From NCBI RefSeq assembly GCF_009914755.1, contig NC_060937.1: DNA of 64,000 bases; one strand, 5' to 3'. A program made the position numbers and the translations under genes. Shown piece by piece: positions 60,334 to 64,000 of the stretch. This DNA comes from the human T2T-CHM13v2.0 reference genome, Homo sapiens. The notes beneath the pieces were generated by a model. It saw nothing but the letters and a program-made list of their open reading frames with translations. It did not search any database and had not been told where the DNA came from. Every line of letters begins with the position of its first letter. The first letter of the stretch is position 1.

Positions 60334-61005
60334 TAGCTGGGAAAAGATTTTTAAAAAGCATATTTTATTTTTTCCTTTATTTGTAAGATCACTTTGATTT
60401 CACAAAAGAGGACAAGATTCATAGGAAAGCAATAAAATCAATAATAACTTCCCTAAAGACATTTAATAACAACAGATAATGAACTTTTTTTTTTTTTTTG
60501 AGACAAGTTTTTGCTATGTTGCCCTGGGCTCGAATTCCTGGTCTCAAGCAAGCCCTCTACTCATGCCTCCTGAATAGCCCAGATTACAGGCTTGCAGCAC
60601 CACACCTGACTTTGGTTTAGAAGATTTTGACATGACCCGCTTAAAGGAAATGGGTCAACAATCTTTTTTTTTCTTTTGATAGTGTCTCTTGCTTTATCAC
60701 CCTGGCTGGAAAGCAGTGGTACAATCATAGCTCACTCCACCTCAAACTCCTGGACTCCAGTGATTGTCCTGTCTCAGCCTCCTAAGCAGTTGGGATTATA
60801 TGTATGAGTCACTCATCAACAAGGATCAACAATTTTTAGATGGTATTGTAAGTAAAGTTCACTGCCCTAGAACATTTGTGGAGGGAGCTAAGGGAATCAA
60901 TATTATCTGTATTCAGGATCGTGTCTGTATAACCAGAAGCAGGGTAGTTCTCACTGTGGTAACTGAGATAAAATCATGTTCTTGATATGCATGACTCAGG
61001 GGTAA

Positions 61006-61398
<393 letters not shown>

Positions 61399-61760
61399 TA
61401 ATTTTTGTATTTTTAGTAGAGATTGGGTTTCACCCTGTTGGCCAGGTTGGTCTCGAACTCCTGACTTCAAGATATCCACCTGCCTCGGCCTCCCAAAGTG
61501 CTGGGATTACAGATGTGAGCCACCACGTCCGGCCCCAAGGGGTAGTTTTCCAGCCCTTGACCCCCAACTCTTGAGACTACATTTTTATTTAATGTCATCA
61601 GTAATAACAAAATCCACCATAAAACAATTGCCTTGTTTATGAGCACAACAATTCCATAGAAACAGATGTGTACTTTCCATGCTATGCAAATGGAATTTTA
61701 TTTATAAAATATCCCATAAGATAGTTCTAACATATCCTTATTCTTCCTTTCAGCTTCATG

Positions 61761-61871
61761 TTATACATCCAGAACACGTGCATTATGTAGATGAAAGAGT
61801 ACATAATAGCACTTAAAAGTTAAAATTATCACTGTTAGCCTAAACAACAACTTAGGTATAAAAATCCAGAC
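61761..61871 (-). CDS. ZMYM5: Alternative ZMYM5 C-terminus by read-through of the donor into the intron (36 aa)
   Basis: Weak donor GAG|GTCTGG; frame stays open as VWIFIPKLLFRLTVIILTFKCYYVLFHLHNARVLDV*; minus-strand AATAAA at 61697-61702 and 61584-61589. Consistent with a short ZMYM5 isoform as I recall it. Confidence 0.7.
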   Translation of the reverse strand, partial: VWIFIPKLLFRLTVIILTFKCYYVLFHLHNARVLDV

Positions 61872-62037
61872 CTCTGCTAATTTACTACAAATTGTACATC
61901 TTGACTTATTAAAAACTCCTTTTTTAAGATTCCAGTTGTTTTCACAGGGAGACAAACAAGATGTACTATAAAATTCTTGGAAGGATTTGCTTGATTCTAC
62001 TGGAAGAATGACATTAGCCTTCTTTGTAGATGCATCT
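61872..62037 (-). CDS. ZMYM5: ZMYM5 internal exon (166 nt)
   Basis: TTCTGTTTCAG|A GAT...GAG|GTCTGG, phase 2/0; DASTKKANVILPVESSKSFQEFYSTSCLSPCENNWNLKKGVFNKSRCTICSKLAE. Confidence 0.93.
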
Positions 62038-62373
62038 CTGAAACAGAAGGGATAGACACATAATTTAAGAACACTGAATTTTAATACAAGTCAAATATAT
62101 TAATAATAATTGCCATTTTTCATTTTCTTATGATTTAATACTAGAAATCAAGTATAACTTTTAGATGCAGCAAATCCACTTTTGGCTTTATTGCCAAGAG
62201 TTCTTAAATGATACAGAAAGAGAAGAGTCAGAGATAAAAATCTTTCGTAGCACAAGAACCTTGCCACAAGTTTTTAAGATTTTTAGATGCATTCAAAAAT
62301 GCTGGTAATAGGCTGGGCACAGTAGCTCACACCTGTAATTCCAGCACTTTGGGAGGCTGAAGTGGGCAGATCA

Positions 62374-62646
<273 letters not shown>

Positions 62647-62914
62647 TTAAGATGGGGGAGCAGGGGAGGCAAATGTAGTAGCAGGGGGAGGGGCAATTGA
62701 TTTCCAAACCTATGTTCCATTTTTCTGCCGAGAGTAAATACAGCACATACGAGTCCACAGCTTGGATATATTCTAGGAGCTCAAGCTCAATAAACTTGAA
62801 GACACTCCTGCAACAATTCTACCCATAAATCTATCCAGCTCTGCAGTTATATTGAGTACTTATTTATACCATTAGTATTCAACTATGTGGAGAAATGTTG
62901 AAAGGTACTGCTTA

Positions 62915-63202
<288 letters not shown>

Positions 63203-63605
63203 TTAAAAATGAAACAAGAAAAAAATCATGGAACAAATCAAAATGTACATCAGAAAAATAACTTGCATTTTCATTTAAGAGTTTAAGAGACAAGTGGGGC
63301 AGGCGTATAAACATGTGGTTAAGGCCAAACACTCTTGATGCACAATCCCAGGGGGACTATCCACTTTGTATCTCAAGTGAATGATACTCCACTGTGCCAA
63401 CAATAATAATAAAGTAAATGTTGGCGTCTGGAATTGTGTAATGTGGTAGCCATCGGCTCTTAAGTCAGACTCCAGGTTCAAAGATCTCCTGAATGTAATA
63501 TTATACAAATATACTAATTGATGATACCTAACTCATCAGAGTGCTATGAAGAACACATGACATAAAAGTAATGCCTGGCACACAGGCACACTCAAAAAAT
63601 ATTAG

Positions 63606-63770
<165 letters not shown>

Positions 63771-64000
63771 TAGTAGAGAGGGTGTTTCACTATGTTGGCC
63801 AGGCTGGTCACGGACTCCTGGCCTCAAGTAATCCACCTGCCTCAGCCTCCCAAAGTGCTGGCATTACAGGCGTGAGCCACCACTCCCAGCCTAATCACAT
63901 CTTTCTGTCTACTCATACCACTAAACAATCAATCCATCTCTTTCTATGTATTTCAAGTAAATTGTAGACATTAGTACACTTACTTTCAAAATACTTTAGA

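Overview
Human (hominid) Alu-saturated euchromatin matching the PSPC1-ZMYM5 interval of 13q12.11, recognised from the proteins. The minus strand carries the CpG-island promoter and first coding exon of PSPC1 (6644-7015) and the last four coding exons of ZMYM5 (62916-63201, 61872-62037, 59692-59904, 48693-49451). The terminal ZMYM5 exon is a domesticated hAT-transposase TTF zinc finger. A full-length SVA (F-like) lies in PSPC1 intron 1. An ST6GALNAC4 processed pseudogene split by an ERVK solo LTR lies between the genes. The rest is mostly Alu (well over 100 copies or fragments by eye), LTR, L1, L2 and DNA-transposon relics, so nearly all listed ORFs are repeat artefacts. The most novel candidate is a series of non-repeat islands on the + strand that read as phase-compatible decayed exons starting at the PSPC1 promoter, possibly a lost head-to-head gene. 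That call is an unverified inference. Repeat subfamily names are from memory of consensus sequences, not from a search.
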